This document shows positions 38,685-49,846 of a DNA stretch of 64,000 nt, piece after piece. The stretch comes from an uncultured bacterium (GTDB lineage: Bacteria; Schekmanbacteria; GWA2-38-11; J061). The notes below the pieces were generated by a model. That model ran no database searches. It worked only from the letters and a program-made list of their open reading frames with translations, and was not told the origin of the DNA. How positions within the stretch are numbered: the first letter of the stretch is position 1; every line of letters starts with the position of its first letter. The DNA is taken from assembly GCA_964549305.1 (NCBI GenBank), contig CAZJVM010000001.1, forward strand, positions 1 to 64,000, written 5' to 3'. The translations under genes were made by a program, and so were the position numbers.

Positions 38685-40607
38685 ATGAGCGAAATTGAAA
38701 TTTCTTTTGTTGACGGTGAGACACTGAAAGTTCCCTCAGGCAAGACTGTAGAAGAAATCCTTTCACAGAATAAATCCCCACTAAGGAAAAATGCCGTTGC
38801 CTGCAAGTTGGACGGTAATCTTTATGATTTGTCTTGCGTGCCCGGGAACGGCTCTGTCATAGATGTTATAGTTTCTGAGTCGGAAGAGGGAACCGAGATT
38901 TTGCGTCATAGCACATCGCACATTATGGCGCAGGCGGTGACAGAATTATTTCCCGGAACGAAAGTAGCTATAGGTCCGGCAATCGATAAAGGCTTTTACT
39001 ATGATTTTGAACGCGAGGAAAGTTTTACGCCTGAAGACCTCAAAAAAATAGAAAAGAGGATGAAAAAAATAGTCTCCTCAAACTCTTCCTTTTCAAGAAA
39101 GGTTATATCGAGGGAGGACGCTATCAGACTTTTCAGCGATAAGGGTGAAAAATATAAAGTGGAACTTCTCGAGGCATTGGAGGATGAAGAGGTTACAATG
39201 TATGAGCAGGGCACTTTTACCGACCTTTGCAGGGGACCTCATATCCCCAATACATCCAAAGTAAGGCACTTCAAGCTTCTCAATACGGCAGGTGCCTATT
39301 GGAGAGGTGATGAAAAGAACCCTATGCTTCAAAGAATTTACGGCACTGTATTCCCTACAAAAGAAGGTCTTGAGGGATACATCACATTTCTCGAGGAAGC
39401 AAAGAAGCGCGATCACAGGAAATTGGGAAAAGACCTTGAACTTTTCACAATCAGCGACGAAATCGGGGCGGGCCTGGTAATATATCTTCCAAAGGGTGCG
39501 CTTTTGAGAACTCTTCTCGAGGATTTTGAAAAAAAGGAACATCTCAGGAGAGGATATGACATTGTAATCGGTCCGCAAATTCTTAAAAAAGACGTTTGGG
39601 TAAAATCCGGACATTTCGACAACTACCGGGAAATGATGTATTTTACAAAAGTGGATGAGCAGGAATACGGTATCAAGCCGATGAACTGCATTTCACATAT
39701 GTTTGTATACAAGTCAAAGCTGAGAAGCTACAGAGATTTGCCAATGCGTCTTTTTGAGCTTGGCACTGTGCATCGGCACGAACGCTCGGGGGTCCTTCAC
39801 GGTCTTATGCGCGTAAGGGGATTTACACAGGATGACGCCCATATACTTTGCATGCCGGAACAGCTTCAGGATGAAATACTATCCATAATTGATTTTGTGG
39901 ATTATGTAATGAATATATTCGGTTTTGAATATGAAATAGAATTGAGTACGAGGCCTGAAAAATCAATAGGTTCAGACGAAGCATGGGATAGGGCTACACA
40001 GGCTCTCGAAGGCGCGTTAAAATCAAGAAATCTTCCCTATGATATCAACGAGGGCGACGGTGCCTTTTACGGGCCTAAAATAGACATAAAACTGAAGGAT
40101 GCCATAGGAAGGTCCTGGCAGTGCGCGACTATACAATGTGATTTTACCCTTCCCGAGCGATTCGACCTCACTTATGTTGACAGCGATGGTCAGCAAAAAC
40201 GTCCGGCGATGCTTCACAGGGTGATTTTGGGAGCAATGGAGAGGTTTATGGGCGTTCTCATAGAACATTTTGCTGGAGCTTTTCCCACATGGCTTTCACC
40301 GGTACAGGTAATAGTAATGACTATTACCGAGGCAGTTGACGGTTATGCCCGAAAAATTGAAGAATCTCTTAAATCTCAGGGAATAAGATGTAAGCTCGAT
40401 GTAAGAAACGAAAAAATATCTTATAAAATCAGGGAAGCTCAGCTTGCAAAGGTGCCTTATATGCTGATTATAGGCAAAAAGGAGATGGGAGATAATTTAG
40501 TTTCACTGAGATTGAGGGGAGGAAGTACGCCCGGTTCGATGACCGTTGAAGACTTTCTCAAAAAAATAAATGACGATATAAACAATAAAATGTTAAAACC
40601 CCTATGA
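38685..40607 (+). CDS. thrS: Threonine--tRNA ligase
   Basis: TGS domain, [38 protein letters not shown]. Confidence 0.98.
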   Translation: MSEIEISFVDGETLKVPSGKTVEEILSQNKSPLRKNAVACKLDGNLYDLSCVPGNGSVIDVIVSESEEGTEILRHSTSHIMAQAVTELFPGTKVAIGPAIDKGFYYDFEREESFTPEDLKKIEKRMKKIVSSNSSFSRKVISREDAIRLFSDKGEKYKVELLEALEDEEVTMYEQGTFTDLCRGPHIPNTSKVRHFKLLNTAGAYWRGDEKNPMLQRIYGTVFPTKEGLEGYITFLEEAKKRDHRKLGKDLELFTISDEIGAGLVIYLPKGALLRTLLEDFEKKEHLRRGYDIVIGPQILKKDVWVKSGHFDNYREMMYFTKVDEQEYGIKPMNCISHMFVYKSKLRSYRDLPMRLFELGTVHRHERSGVLHGLMRVRGFTQDDAHILCMPEQLQDEILSIIDFVDYVMNIFGFEYEIELSTRPEKSIGSDEAWDRATQALEGALKSRNLPYDINEGDGAFYGPKIDIKLKDAIGRSWQCATIQCDFTLPERFDLTYVDSDGQQKRPAMLHRVILGAMERFMGVLIEHFAGAFPTWLSPVQVIVMTITEAVDGYARKIEESLKSQGIRCKLDVRNEKISYKIREAQLAKVPYMLIIGKKEMGDNLVSLRLRGGSTPGSMTVEDFLKKINDDINNKMLKPL

Positions 40608-40620
40608 GGAGGTGAATGTT

Positions 40621-41175
40621 ATAAAAAAGTTTGATCGCCGAATTCCAAAAAGAAAACAGTCAAATATAAATGAAATGATAACAGCTAAGGAAGTCAGGCT
40701 TATTTCTTCAACTGGCGAACAGGTGGGAGTTATTTCCACAGAAGAAGCGAGAAAAATGGCTGAAGAGGACGGACTTGACCTTGTTGAAGTTTCTTCCAAT
40801 TCCAGTCCTCCCGTATGCAAAATTATCGATTACGGGAAACATTCCTTTCAGCAGAAAAAAAAGCAACAGGAAGCGAAAAAGAAACAGAAAGTAATTCAAG
40901 TCAAAGAAATCAAGTTTAAGTTAAAAACGGAAAAGCATGATATCGATTTTAAGGAAAAACATCTTGAAAGATTCTTAAATGACGGAAATAAAGCAAAAGT
41001 GAGACTAATGCTCTACGGGAGGGAAATGACATTGGTTGGCAGAGCGATTGACATGCTTAACCGCATTGCGCAAGACCTCAGTGAAATAGCCGTTGTTGAC
41101 CAACCGCCCAAGCAGGAAGGAAGAAATGTCATAATGATTCTTGCTCCCTTAAGCGCGTCCAAGAAAAAGAGCTGA
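40621..41175 (+). CDS. infC: Translation initiation factor IF-3 (probable ATA start)
   Basis: [19 protein letters not shown]...[29 protein letters not shown] 40608-40614 is spaced 6 nt from ATA 40621. Confidence 0.93.
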   Translation: MKKFDRRIPKRKQSNINEMITAKEVRLISSTGEQVGVISTEEARKMAEEDGLDLVEVSSNSSPPVCKIIDYGKHSFQQKKKQQEAKKKQKVIQVKEIKFKLKTEKHDIDFKEKHLERFLNDGNKAKVRLMLYGREMTLVGRAIDMLNRIAQDLSEIAVVDQPPKQEGRNVIMILAPLSASKKKS

Positions 41176-41239
41176 ATTTGTTCTTGACTTTTTCACTGAA
41201 ATACATCATAAAGCCAATTTTTATTGGAGAAGAATTACA

Positions 41240-41437
41240 ATGCCCAAGATTAAAACAAATAGATCGGCAGCTAAAAGATTTAAGATAACCGGCTCCGGTA
41301 AGGTTAAGAGGAACAAAGCATTTAAAAGCCATCAGCTTAGTTGCAAGACGACAAAACAGAAAAGAAACCTTAGAAAGAGCAGTATTGTTTCAAAATCTGA
41401 TGCAAAAAAAATTAAAATGCAGTTGCCCTACAGTTAA
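41240..41437 (+). CDS. rpmI: 50S ribosomal protein L35
   Basis: [21 protein letters not shown]; operon position. Confidence 0.97.
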   Translation: MPKIKTNRSAAKRFKITGSGKVKRNKAFKSHQLSCKTTKQKRNLRKSSIVSKSDAKKIKMQLPYS

Positions 41438-41451
41438 GGGAGAATGAGGAA

Positions 41452-41808
41452 ATGCCAAGAGCAAAAGGTGGTTTTAAAACCAGACGCAGAAGAAACAGGT
41501 TGCTGAAGCAAACTAAAGGATACTGGAATACAAAAAGCAGTTCCTACCACGTTGCGGCAGAACAGTTGTTAAGAAGTCTTCAGTTTTCATACAGGGACAG
41601 AAAAAGGAAAAAGCGTGATTTTAGAAGTCTTTGGATAATAAGAATCAATGCTGCAGCACGACAAAACGGCACTACCTATGGCAGGCTTATTTGCGGACTT
41701 AAAAAAGCGAACATTGACATAAACAGAAAGATGCTTGCACATATAGCCGCGACCGATCCTGAAAGTTTCAGCAAAATCGCAGAAACTGCAAAAGCTTCGT
41801 TTCAATAA
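41452..41808 (+). CDS. rplT: 50S ribosomal protein L20
   Basis: MPRAKGG, YRDRKRKKRDFRSLWIIRINAAAR, INRKML. Confidence 0.97.
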   Translation: MPRAKGGFKTRRRRNRLLKQTKGYWNTKSSSYHVAAEQLLRSLQFSYRDRKRKKRDFRSLWIIRINAAARQNGTTYGRLICGLKKANIDINRKMLAHIAATDPESFSKIAETAKASFQ

Positions 41809-41893
41809 GAGCTAAGAAACATTGTTTTTTTATCTTTCCTTTTGATACGATATGTATTGTCTTTCCATTAAAATCTTTTCAGGTGTATAATAG

Positions 41894-42925
41894 ATGAAAG
41901 ATAAGCTGACGCACATTCGCAATGATTTTACAAAGTCCTTAAAGTCCGCTAAAAATCAAGAAGACCTCGAATCTCTGCGTGTAAAGTATCTGGGGAGAAA
42001 GGGAGTCCTTACGGATGTTCTTAAATCCCTGAAAGAGCTTTCAGTTGATGAGAAAAAAACCATAGGCAAGCTCGCAAATGAATTAAAAAACTCCTTTGCG
42101 GGATTAATCAGTGAGAAGCAGTCTTCTATTAAAAAGATGCAATCGGGAGAAAAGGGAAACACATTATCGATTGACATCACACTTCCCGGAAGGTCTTTCC
42201 CAAAAGGGTCTTTACATCCCATAACAATTATAATGGGAGAAATTATAGATGTTTTTTCCACAATGGGATTTGAAATAGAAGACGGACCGGAGATAGAGGA
42301 GGATTACTACAACTTTGAAGCGCTGAATATCCCCCCTGACCATCCTGCCCGGGATATGCAGGACACATTTTATATAAGCGATGATGTCCTTTTGAGAACA
42401 CATACTTCTCCCGTGCAAGTCAGGACATATCTCAAAAAACAGCCGCCTATAAAGATATTGGCACCGGGTAAAGTGTTCAGGCGCGATGCCGACATTTCGC
42501 ACACTCCTATGTTTCATCAGATTGAAGGCTTTTATGTTGACGAGGGGGTTTCCTTTGCTGATTTGAAAGGTACCCTCGAAATATTCATTCATAAACTTTT
42601 CGGAAAAAACGCGAACATAAGGTTTCGTCCAAGTTTTTTTCCGTTCACGGAACCGAGTGCGGAGGTAGATGTGGAATGCGTTATTTGCGGAGGCAAGGGT
42701 TGCAGGGTTTGCAAGAATTCCGGTTGGATTGAAATAATGGGTTGCGGAATGGTTCATCCCAATGTTTTCGAAGCGGTTAAATACGATGCCGAAAAATATA
42801 CGGGCTTTGCCTTCGGAATGGGAATCGAGCGAATCGCAATGATTAAGTTCGGCATCGATGATATTCGGCTCTTTTATGAAAATGATATCCGTTTCCTTAA
42901 ACAGTTCAGGGCAGAAGCAAAATGA
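41894..42925 (+). CDS. pheS: Phenylalanine--tRNA ligase alpha subunit
   Basis: HPARDMQDTFY, LRTHTSPVQ, FRPSFFPFTEPS, GFAFGMGIER. Confidence 0.98.
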   Translation: MKDKLTHIRNDFTKSLKSAKNQEDLESLRVKYLGRKGVLTDVLKSLKELSVDEKKTIGKLANELKNSFAGLISEKQSSIKKMQSGEKGNTLSIDITLPGRSFPKGSLHPITIIMGEIIDVFSTMGFEIEDGPEIEEDYYNFEALNIPPDHPARDMQDTFYISDDVLLRTHTSPVQVRTYLKKQPPIKILAPGKVFRRDADISHTPMFHQIEGFYVDEGVSFADLKGTLEIFIHKLFGKNANIRFRPSFFPFTEPSAEVDVECVICGGKGCRVCKNSGWIEIMGCGMVHPNVFEAVKYDAEKYTGFAFGMGIERIAMIKFGIDDIRLFYENDIRFLKQFRAEAK

Positions 42926-45321
42926 AAATATCGTGGAAATGGCTGAAAGAATATATTGATATCCCCTGTTCCCTGAATGAAATAGCCGACAGGCTTACAA
43001 TGTCGGGGCTTGAAGTTGAGGATATCATCCTTTTTCGCGACAACATTCCCCGGGAAGTGGTGACCGCGCAGATTACATCCTTAAAGAAACACCCCGATTC
43101 GGATAATCTTCAGATAGTTGAAGTCAATATCGGTTCAGAAACGGTTGCTGTTGTTTCAGGCGCGCCCGGACTTGAAAAAGGAAAGCGAGTCGCATTTGCT
43201 CCCCATGGTGTAAAACTGCCGGCGGGAAAAGTGGAAAAAAGAAAGATAAGGGGCATTGTTTCGTCGGGACTTCTATGCTGTGATGCGGACTTTGATTTGA
43301 CTGAGCAATCAGAAGGCATTATTTACTTTCCCGAGGACTGTGAAATAGGCGAATATGCCGGTAAATATATCGAAACAGAGGAAGCGGTCATAGAATTGGG
43401 AGTTACGCCCAACAGACCGGACTGTTTGAATGTAATGGGAATCGCAAGGGAAGTCTCTGCGCTTACCGGGAACGGAATAAAACAGCAAAAATCGAAATTC
43501 AACGAAATTAAAACTCCTTCATCGCATCTCATATCGCTGGTTATAGACGCGCCGGATCTTTGTCCCGCATATACCGCAAGAGTGATAGAAGATGTGGAGA
43601 TTAAGACATCTCCCGTATGGATTCAGAAACGCCTCAGGGCATCGGGAATACGCGCTATCAATAATGTAGTGGATATAACTAATTATGTTCTGATTGAAAC
43701 GGGACATCCCCTGCACGCATTTGATTACGACCTTATAGAAGGAAAAAAGATTATTGTACGAAAGGCTCGTAAAGGTGAGAAAATAACTACTCTTGATTCC
43801 GAAGAAAGAACACTTACCGATGATATGCTTCTGATTGCTGATGAAAAAAACGGGATAGCCGTTGCCGGTGTTATGGGGGGGAAGGATTCGGAAGTTACGG
43901 AAAAGACAACAAAACTCGTTATCGAAAGCGCTTACTTCACTGCAGCGGGAATCAGGAAGACATCAAAAAAACTCGGACTCAGCACGGAAGCGTCATACAG
44001 GTTCGAGAGGGGAAGCGATCCGGGTATTCTTTTCTATGCTTCCGACAGGGTTTCCGCTCTTGTTTCTCAGATTGCAAACGGAAAAGTTTGCAAGGGTATG
44101 GTGAGTGAATCGTTTTTAAGGAATCAACCGCCGCTGATCCCCTTGAGAAAGAATGTTATGAAAAAGGTTCTTGGAACTGAAATTTCCATGGAGAAAGCTG
44201 CAAACATATGTGAAAACCTCGGCATGACAATAAAATCAAGGGATGAGGAAGGGGTAAGCATAAATCCTCCGTCGTACAGGGGCGATATTAAAAAAGAGAT
44301 TGACCTTATTGAAGAAGTGGCAAGGATATCGGGATATGAAAATATTCCCCTGAAGTATCCGGTTTCTCAGGCAGGTGGTAACGGAAATTTTCCCGGCAGA
44401 TTAAAAACTATAAGCAATATGAGATCGGAACTGGTCCGCATAGGTTTCAGTGAAGTAATTAATTACAGTTTTGTAGACTCCAGGGTACTGGCAAAAATAT
44501 CAGATAAGACGCCAAATGCTGTTTCGATTTGTAATCCTTTATCGGAAGAGCAGGATATAATGAGAACTTCTCTTATACAGGGGATTCTCAACTCTCTTTC
44601 CTTTAACGTTAAAAGATATTTGCCTGATTTAAAGATATTTGAAATCGGAAGGGTATATCTGCCGGTAAAAGACAAATTTACGGCAGATGAGCGTGTGTTT
44701 CTTACAGGGCTTGTAAGCGGAAATATATCCCATCCGAGTTGGTATGAGAAAGAGAGAAAATCGGATTTTTTTGATATAAAAGGAGTGCTCGAGTCGCTTT
44801 GCGACGTTTCCGGATTGAAACTCAACTTAAAGTCCATATCGGTAGAGAAAGTGTTTCTCGATTCCTCTGAGTCCGCCGACATTTTTATAAATGATAAAAA
44901 ATGCGGATATGTGGGGAAAATATCTGACATCATAGTGGATGATTTTGAACTTAAAACACCTGTTTATGTATTTGAAATCGATATTGATTCCATAGATTTC
45001 AAAAAAACTGTTGTAACGTCATTTAAACGGCTTTCAAAAATTCCACCGTCATACAGAGACCTTGCCATAATAGTAAATGACAGTTTCAGTGCAGAGGAAA
45101 TACTTAATTGTGTGAAAAAATCATCAGGAGAAATTCTCGAAGATGTGGTGCTTTTTGACATTTACAAGGGAAAACCGGTGCGAACGGGGTTTAAAAGCGT
45201 TGCCTTGTCTCTTACTTTCAGAGGTATTGAATCCACTCTTACCGATGAAGAGATTAATACCGTAACGGGTAGTATACTCGAATCCCTTAAAAAAGAGCTT
45301 TCCGCTGAAATAAGAAACTGA
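42922..45321 (+). CDS. pheT: Phenylalanine--tRNA ligase beta subunit
   Basis: MKISWKWL, TPNRPDC, INNVVDITNY, RFERG, DLIEEVARI, FDIYKG. Confidence 0.97.
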   Translation: MKISWKWLKEYIDIPCSLNEIADRLTMSGLEVEDIILFRDNIPREVVTAQITSLKKHPDSDNLQIVEVNIGSETVAVVSGAPGLEKGKRVAFAPHGVKLPAGKVEKRKIRGIVSSGLLCCDADFDLTEQSEGIIYFPEDCEIGEYAGKYIETEEAVIELGVTPNRPDCLNVMGIAREVSALTGNGIKQQKSKFNEIKTPSSHLISLVIDAPDLCPAYTARVIEDVEIKTSPVWIQKRLRASGIRAINNVVDITNYVLIETGHPLHAFDYDLIEGKKIIVRKARKGEKITTLDSEERTLTDDMLLIADEKNGIAVAGVMGGKDSEVTEKTTKLVIESAYFTAAGIRKTSKKLGLSTEASYRFERGSDPGILFYASDRVSALVSQIANGKVCKGMVSESFLRNQPPLIPLRKNVMKKVLGTEISMEKAANICENLGMTIKSRDEEGVSINPPSYRGDIKKEIDLIEEVARISGYENIPLKYPVSQAGGNGNFPGRLKTISNMRSELVRIGFSEVINYSFVDSRVLAKISDKTPNAVSICNPLSEEQDIMRTSLIQGILNSLSFNVKRYLPDLKIFEIGRVYLPVKDKFTADERVFLTGLVSGNISHPSWYEKERKSDFFDIKGVLESLCDVSGLKLNLKSISVEKVFLDSSESADIFINDKKCGYVGKISDIIVDDFELKTPVYVFEIDIDSIDFKKTVVTSFKRLSKIPPSYRDLAIIVNDSFSAEEILNCVKKSSGEILEDVVLFDIYKGKPVRTGFKSVALSLTFRGIESTLTDEEINTVTGSILESLKKELSAEIRN

Positions 45322-45462
45322 AAGGGTTATATCCCGGTAAACACTCTCTTTTTTTATCAATCGCCTGCAATTACTATTCTTGACTTTTATTGCTTCTTGG
45401 CTAATATTTGAGTTGTCCTACAGATATATTATATAATCTTTAACAGGGGGAGTATTCTTAAA

Positions 45463-45729
45463 ATGCAGCAGATTGAATTATTGGAAGAAAAAATACGAAA
45501 GATGATTGATGTCATTAAAGGTTTCAGGGAAGAAAACGGCAAACTTTCTGCGCAAATTGAAGAGTTTAAGAGCAAAATTTCCGATTTTGAAAAAGAATTA
45601 TCTGACAAAAACGGAATTAAAGAAAAATATTCCGAGCTTTTGAAAGAAAAAGAAAATTTACAGAGTGAAAAGGATATGGTAAAATCTTCTGTGGAAAAAC
45701 TGATTCAGGATATAGAAAGCATTGTTTAA
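45463..45729 (+). CDS. zapB: ZapB-like coiled-coil cell division protein
   Basis: All coiled coil (IELLEEKIRKMIDVIKGFREEN...), GGGGAG SD, directly upstream of zapA. Confidence 0.6.
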   Translation: MQQIELLEEKIRKMIDVIKGFREENGKLSAQIEEFKSKISDFEKELSDKNGIKEKYSELLKEKENLQSEKDMVKSSVEKLIQDIESIV

Positions 45730-45745
45730 TTAACTTTCTAAGTTT

Positions 45746-46060
45746 ATGAATAAAGCTAATAGGGCTAAAAAAGAAACAAAAGTTGATATTTTCGGAAAAA
45801 CCTATAACCTTGTGTTTGACGGTGACGAAAACCATTTTAATGAAGTGACCACTTACCTTAACGAAAAGATGGAGGAAATTCACAACAGTACAAGAATGGT
45901 TGATTCAATTAAAGTAGCTGTATTGGCGGCATTGAAAATAACCGATGAGTTGTTAACTTTAAAAAAAGAAATGGACAGTGTGGTTAATCTTGACAATGAG
46001 AAAACAGAGATGTTGATAAATCTCATTGACAGCAATATAGAAGAAGTAAGAAATGCTTAA
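45746..46060 (+). CDS. zapA: Cell division protein ZapA
   Basis: VDIFGKTYNL, YLNEKM, VAVLAALKITDEL. Confidence 0.9.
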   Translation: MNKANRAKKETKVDIFGKTYNLVFDGDENHFNEVTTYLNEKMEEIHNSTRMVDSIKVAVLAALKITDELLTLKKEMDSVVNLDNEKTEMLINLIDSNIEEVRNA

Positions 46061-46362
46061 AAGTCGCATGGTGGGAAATTTAAAATGGGAATTATTTAAA
46101 TTTCCTATGGGGAAAAGAAAGAGAAAAAGAGTTTTTGAATAAAAGGTGAATGAATTACAAAATGAAAAAAAGTTTTAAAAATATATGGTTGTCGGTTTTG
46201 AAACAATATACACGGATTATAAAATCCGATTTGTTCACCTTGAATAAGTCATACGATTGCGAAGAATTTGCTTTCTAACAGTCATATGAATAACTGATTA
46301 TTTTCTTTTTCTAACTTAGTTTAGGCACTTATACGGTGTCCGGTTTCCCACCTGCATTACTT
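46061..46362 (+). ncRNA. Structured RNA at the 6S RNA (ssrS) locus; unusually long and branched
   Basis: Lies between zapA and ygfA. End-to-end helix GGTGGGAAA 46070-46078 / TTTCCCACC 46344-46352; 14-bp inner helix 46143-46156 / 46228-46241; several side hairpins. Confidence 0.6.
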
Positions 46363-46377
46363 CCGAGAAGGTTAATT

Positions 46378-46971
46378 TTGAACAAAAAAAGCGTCAGGAA
46401 AAAAATGCAGGCATTGAGGAAAAAACTGAATGTAGAAAGAGCTAAGACATATTCTGATATTGCCTGTAATAAACTTCTTTCATTTGCCCCTCTTTTAAGA
46501 TCCGGCACGGTTTCCTGCTATTCCTCAAAACCTGAAGAATTACAGACAGACAAGCTCATTATCCGCCTTGTTGAAATAGGCAAAAAAGTTGCATTGCCTA
46601 AGGTTGACCAAAAAAATAATAAAATGGACTTTTATTATATAAATTCTCCTGAAAAAGACCTGGAGACCGGTTTTATGGGAATAATGGAACCTAAAACGGG
46701 TTTGAAAAAGGTAGAAGATGTTACCGAAATTGATTTTACAATCATTCCCGCGCTTTCAGTTGATGTTGAAGGAAATCGAATCGGTTTCGGAGGCGGTTTT
46801 TTTGACAGATATTTTAAAAGCCGGGAGAAAAGAAATATATTGTGCGGATTGGTTTTCGATTTTCAAATTTTAGAATGTATCCCGTATGATTCCCGAGATG
46901 TAAAACTTGATTTTGTTATTTCTGAAAAAAGAATCATCTCTTGCGGGAAAGAAATAAGCAGAGTTCATTAA
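46378..46971 (+). CDS. ygfA: 5-formyltetrahydrofolate cyclo-ligase
   Basis: KKSVRK start (TTG 46378), [39 protein letters not shown]. Confidence 0.92.
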   Translation: MNKKSVRKKMQALRKKLNVERAKTYSDIACNKLLSFAPLLRSGTVSCYSSKPEELQTDKLIIRLVEIGKKVALPKVDQKNNKMDFYYINSPEKDLETGFMGIMEPKTGLKKVEDVTEIDFTIIPALSVDVEGNRIGFGGGFFDRYFKSREKRNILCGLVFDFQILECIPYDSRDVKLDFVISEKRIISCGKEISRVH

Positions 46972-46991
46972 ACATAAAAGGAGGAATTTCG

Positions 46992-48563
46992 TTGGATAAT
47001 ATTAACATATATATTTTTTTAGTCATAGGTATTGTAGCAGGTGCTATCGTTACATACCTTCTGACTTATACAAACAGAAAGAAAGCGGCGCAAGATATAG
47101 AATCAACAAAGAAGGAAGCGGACAGGATAATTAGAGATTCAAAGAAGGAAGCGGAAACATTTACTAAAGAAAGCCGTATCGAGGCGAAAGAAACAATTCT
47201 GAAAGCAAGGACTGATTTTGAAAAGGATACAAAAGAACAGAAAAAAGAACTTCAGCAACTGGAAAAACGTCTTGCGCAGAAAGAAGAAAATATAGACAGA
47301 AAAATTGATTTTCTTTCCAAGAAAGATCTCGACATACAGAATAAAGAAAAAGAGATGTCACAGAAAAACGATGACCTGAGAAAGTCGGAAGAGCACCTGA
47401 ATGAACTAACATTCGAGTGCAAGAGACGCCTTGAAAAAATTTCCGGAATGAGCGGCGATGAAGCTAAAAAGATATTGATAGACAGCATCAGAGAAGAGGC
47501 AGATCACGAAGCGATGAAGTTTATCAGAAAAATCGAAGAAGGGGCAAAGGATACAGCACTGAGAAAAGCGCGTGAGATAGTCGCCACGGCAATCCAGAAA
47601 ACGGCGTCAGATTATGTTGCGGAAACAACTGTGTCGGTTGTAGATCTGCCTTCAGATGAAATGAAAGGCAGAATAATAGGAAGAGAAGGCAGAAATATTC
47701 GTGCTTTTGAAATAGCGACCGGTGTAGACCTTATCATTGACGATACTCCGGAAGCGGTTATTCTTTCAGCGCACGATCCCGTAAAGAGGGAAATCGCGAA
47801 ACGCACTCTTGAAAAACTTATAAGCGACGGAAGAATTCACCCCGGGAAGATAGAAGAAGTATTGAATAAAATGGCGACTGAAGTTGAAGAGGATATCAGA
47901 GAGGAAGGAAATCAGTGCTGTCTTCTTCTTGGAATTCACGGGCTTCATTCCGAACTCGTTAAACATTTAGGTCGTCTTAAATTTCGCACGAGCTATGCTC
48001 AAAATGTTCTCGAACACTCAAAGGAAGTGGCTTATTTGTGTTCGATTATGGCATCTGAACTCGGTGTTGACCCCGTGCTGGCTAAAAGGGCCGGACTTCT
48101 TCACGATATCGGAAAGGCAGTCGACCATCAGGTTGAAGGTTCTCATGCGGTTATTGGCGCCGATATAGCGCAGAAATTCGGCGAAAAACCAAATGTGGTA
48201 AACGCTATCAAAGCTCATCACGAAGAAGAAAGCCCCCTTAGCGTAGAAGCGGTTTTACTTCAGGCGGGAGACGCGCTTTCAGCGGCAAGACCCGGGGCGA
48301 GAAGAGAAATGCTTGAATCCTACATCAAGCGTCTGGAAAAGCTCGAACAGCTTGCCGATTCATTTAACGGAGTTGATAAATCCTTCGCGATTCAGGCAGG
48401 AAGAGAGATTCGGATTATCGTGAATAACGATGATTTGTCAGATGACCAGACATATTCTCTTGCAAGGGATATTGCCAAAAAAATTGAAAAGGAGCTTTCA
48501 TATCCGGGGCAGATTAAAGTAACTGCCATAAGGGAAACGAGAGCCGTTGAATACGCAAAATAA
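46992..48563 (+). CDS. rny: Ribonuclease Y
   Basis: AGGAGG SD and TTG 46992; N-terminal TM, coiled coil, KH ([13 protein letters not shown]), HD (GLLHDIGKA), [10 protein letters not shown]. Confidence 0.96.
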   Translation: MDNINIYIFLVIGIVAGAIVTYLLTYTNRKKAAQDIESTKKEADRIIRDSKKEAETFTKESRIEAKETILKARTDFEKDTKEQKKELQQLEKRLAQKEENIDRKIDFLSKKDLDIQNKEKEMSQKNDDLRKSEEHLNELTFECKRRLEKISGMSGDEAKKILIDSIREEADHEAMKFIRKIEEGAKDTALRKAREIVATAIQKTASDYVAETTVSVVDLPSDEMKGRIIGREGRNIRAFEIATGVDLIIDDTPEAVILSAHDPVKREIAKRTLEKLISDGRIHPGKIEEVLNKMATEVEEDIREEGNQCCLLLGIHGLHSELVKHLGRLKFRTSYAQNVLEHSKEVAYLCSIMASELGVDPVLAKRAGLLHDIGKAVDHQVEGSHAVIGADIAQKFGEKPNVVNAIKAHHEEESPLSVEAVLLQAGDALSAARPGARREMLESYIKRLEKLEQLADSFNGVDKSFAIQAGREIRIIVNNDDLSDDQTYSLARDIAKKIEKELSYPGQIKVTAIRETRAVEYAK

Positions 48564-48592
48564 TTGAATACGCCTGCGCGGGGAAGATGATT

Positions 48593-49399
48593 TTAATCGT
48601 TCAGACCGGTAATCTTTTCTTCAATATCTGTCAACGCCCTTGAAAGGTTGTTGAGCGTTCTTCTCGCGTCCAGTATCTTGTCTTCAAGGTCTGCAATTGA
48701 CTTTGTAATATATTTGTTGTTGCTGTTTCCATTGCCGTTACCGTTTGCGGGAATGACTTTTGTAGATTTGTTTGCAGTCGTCTCATAGGCTCGACTTTTG
48801 TTTACAATCGGTTTTTTCGACAATTGAACCTGTTCGATTGTTTTTTTGGAGATACATTTCAAGGTTTCAAATACGCCTTCTCCCCTGATTGCCGAAGACG
48901 CGAATGAATCAAGTCCCATAGGGTTTATAATCGCATTCAGCTCATCGATTGACGAAATTTCCTCGAGGTCTCTCTTGTTGTATTGAAAAACTATGGGGAT
49001 GCTGTCTATGCTCAGTCCGCTTTCCTGTAAATTGATTTTCAGGTCTTCAAAACTTTCAAGGTTTGCCTCAACCTGATCCTTCTGAGAGTCTGCGACAAAT
49101 ACAACGGCATCAACGCCTTTAAGGACAAGCTTTCTCGTAGAAGTCAACTGTACCTGACCGGGAGTTGTGTAAAGTTGAATTTTTATGTTCATCCCTCTGA
49201 TTTTTCCAAGATTCATCGGCAGCAAATCAAAGAAAAGGGTGCGGTCGGTTTCAGTGCGCATCGATAAGAGTTTTCCTCTCGTCTCGGGGTCGCTTTTGTT
49301 GTAAATAAATTCGAGATTGGTGGTTTTTCCGCCCCTCGCGGGACCGTAGTACACGATTTTTATTATTGCTTCATCTAAAGCAACATTGAATATAGCCAT
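48593..49399 (-). CDS. MglA-like small GTPase with a C-terminal coiled-coil extension
   Basis: KIVYYGPARGGKTTNL, DRTLFFD, YTTPGQ, VVFVADSQ, QYNKRDL; about 80-aa tail. Confidence 0.88.
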   Translation of the reverse strand: MAIFNVALDEAIIKIVYYGPARGGKTTNLEFIYNKSDPETRGKLLSMRTETDRTLFFDLLPMNLGKIRGMNIKIQLYTTPGQVQLTSTRKLVLKGVDAVVFVADSQKDQVEANLESFEDLKINLQESGLSIDSIPIVFQYNKRDLEEISSIDELNAIINPMGLDSFASSAIRGEGVFETLKCISKKTIEQVQLSKKPIVNKSRAYETTANKSTKVIPANGNGNGNSNNKYITKSIADLEDKILDARRTLNNLSRALTDIEEKITGLND

Positions 49400-49846
49400 A
49401 CTCGTAAATGGGAAAAGTGTTATATATCAGTTGGTTATATTTTGATTTCGGATTCTCTTATTTTGCCTGTTAAGTAGATAATTCTATCGGACAAAATTTG
49501 AAAAATAAGAAACATTTTTTAAAAAAACACTTGTTTTGGAATTCATTTTTACGCTTTGGGAAAATCCTCGTCGAATTACCGCAACGCTTTTTCAAATATA
49601 TCGGCAATGGGAGAAAAATAAGAAAAAATTCAGGGAGAATCTTGTATTTCGTGAAGAAGAATTACACTGTGGAAACGATATTAATACTGCAGGTTTCCTA
49701 TTAAAGAAACGGTGTAACAGCGATATTGAAAAACATTGACAAATAGTGATTATTTGTATAATTATACTCTCCTTTAAATGAAAGTATTAGCATATACCCA
49801 TTTCACTGAAGCTGATTCGGCGGAAGATGATTTAAGAAGACATCAT

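Noticed and set aside
38413-38781. Short ORFs 38489..38677 (+) and 38413..38781 (-)
   Set aside because: They overlap a well-formed tRNA-Val and are shadow ORFs.
46336-46377. GTG start for ygfA at 46336
   Set aside because: It lies inside the 3' arm of the structured RNA. TTG 46378 has an SD (GAGAAGG) and gives the expected K..lR N-terminus.
49400-49846. Small ORFs (49498..49704, 49536..49739) or a riboswitch between the mglA-like gene and truB
   Set aside because: The ORFs have no SD or motifs and no roadblock/MglB similarity. No c-di-GMP or other riboswitch consensus was recognised. The TTGACA/TATAAT pair at 49736-49762 has only 15-nt spacing.
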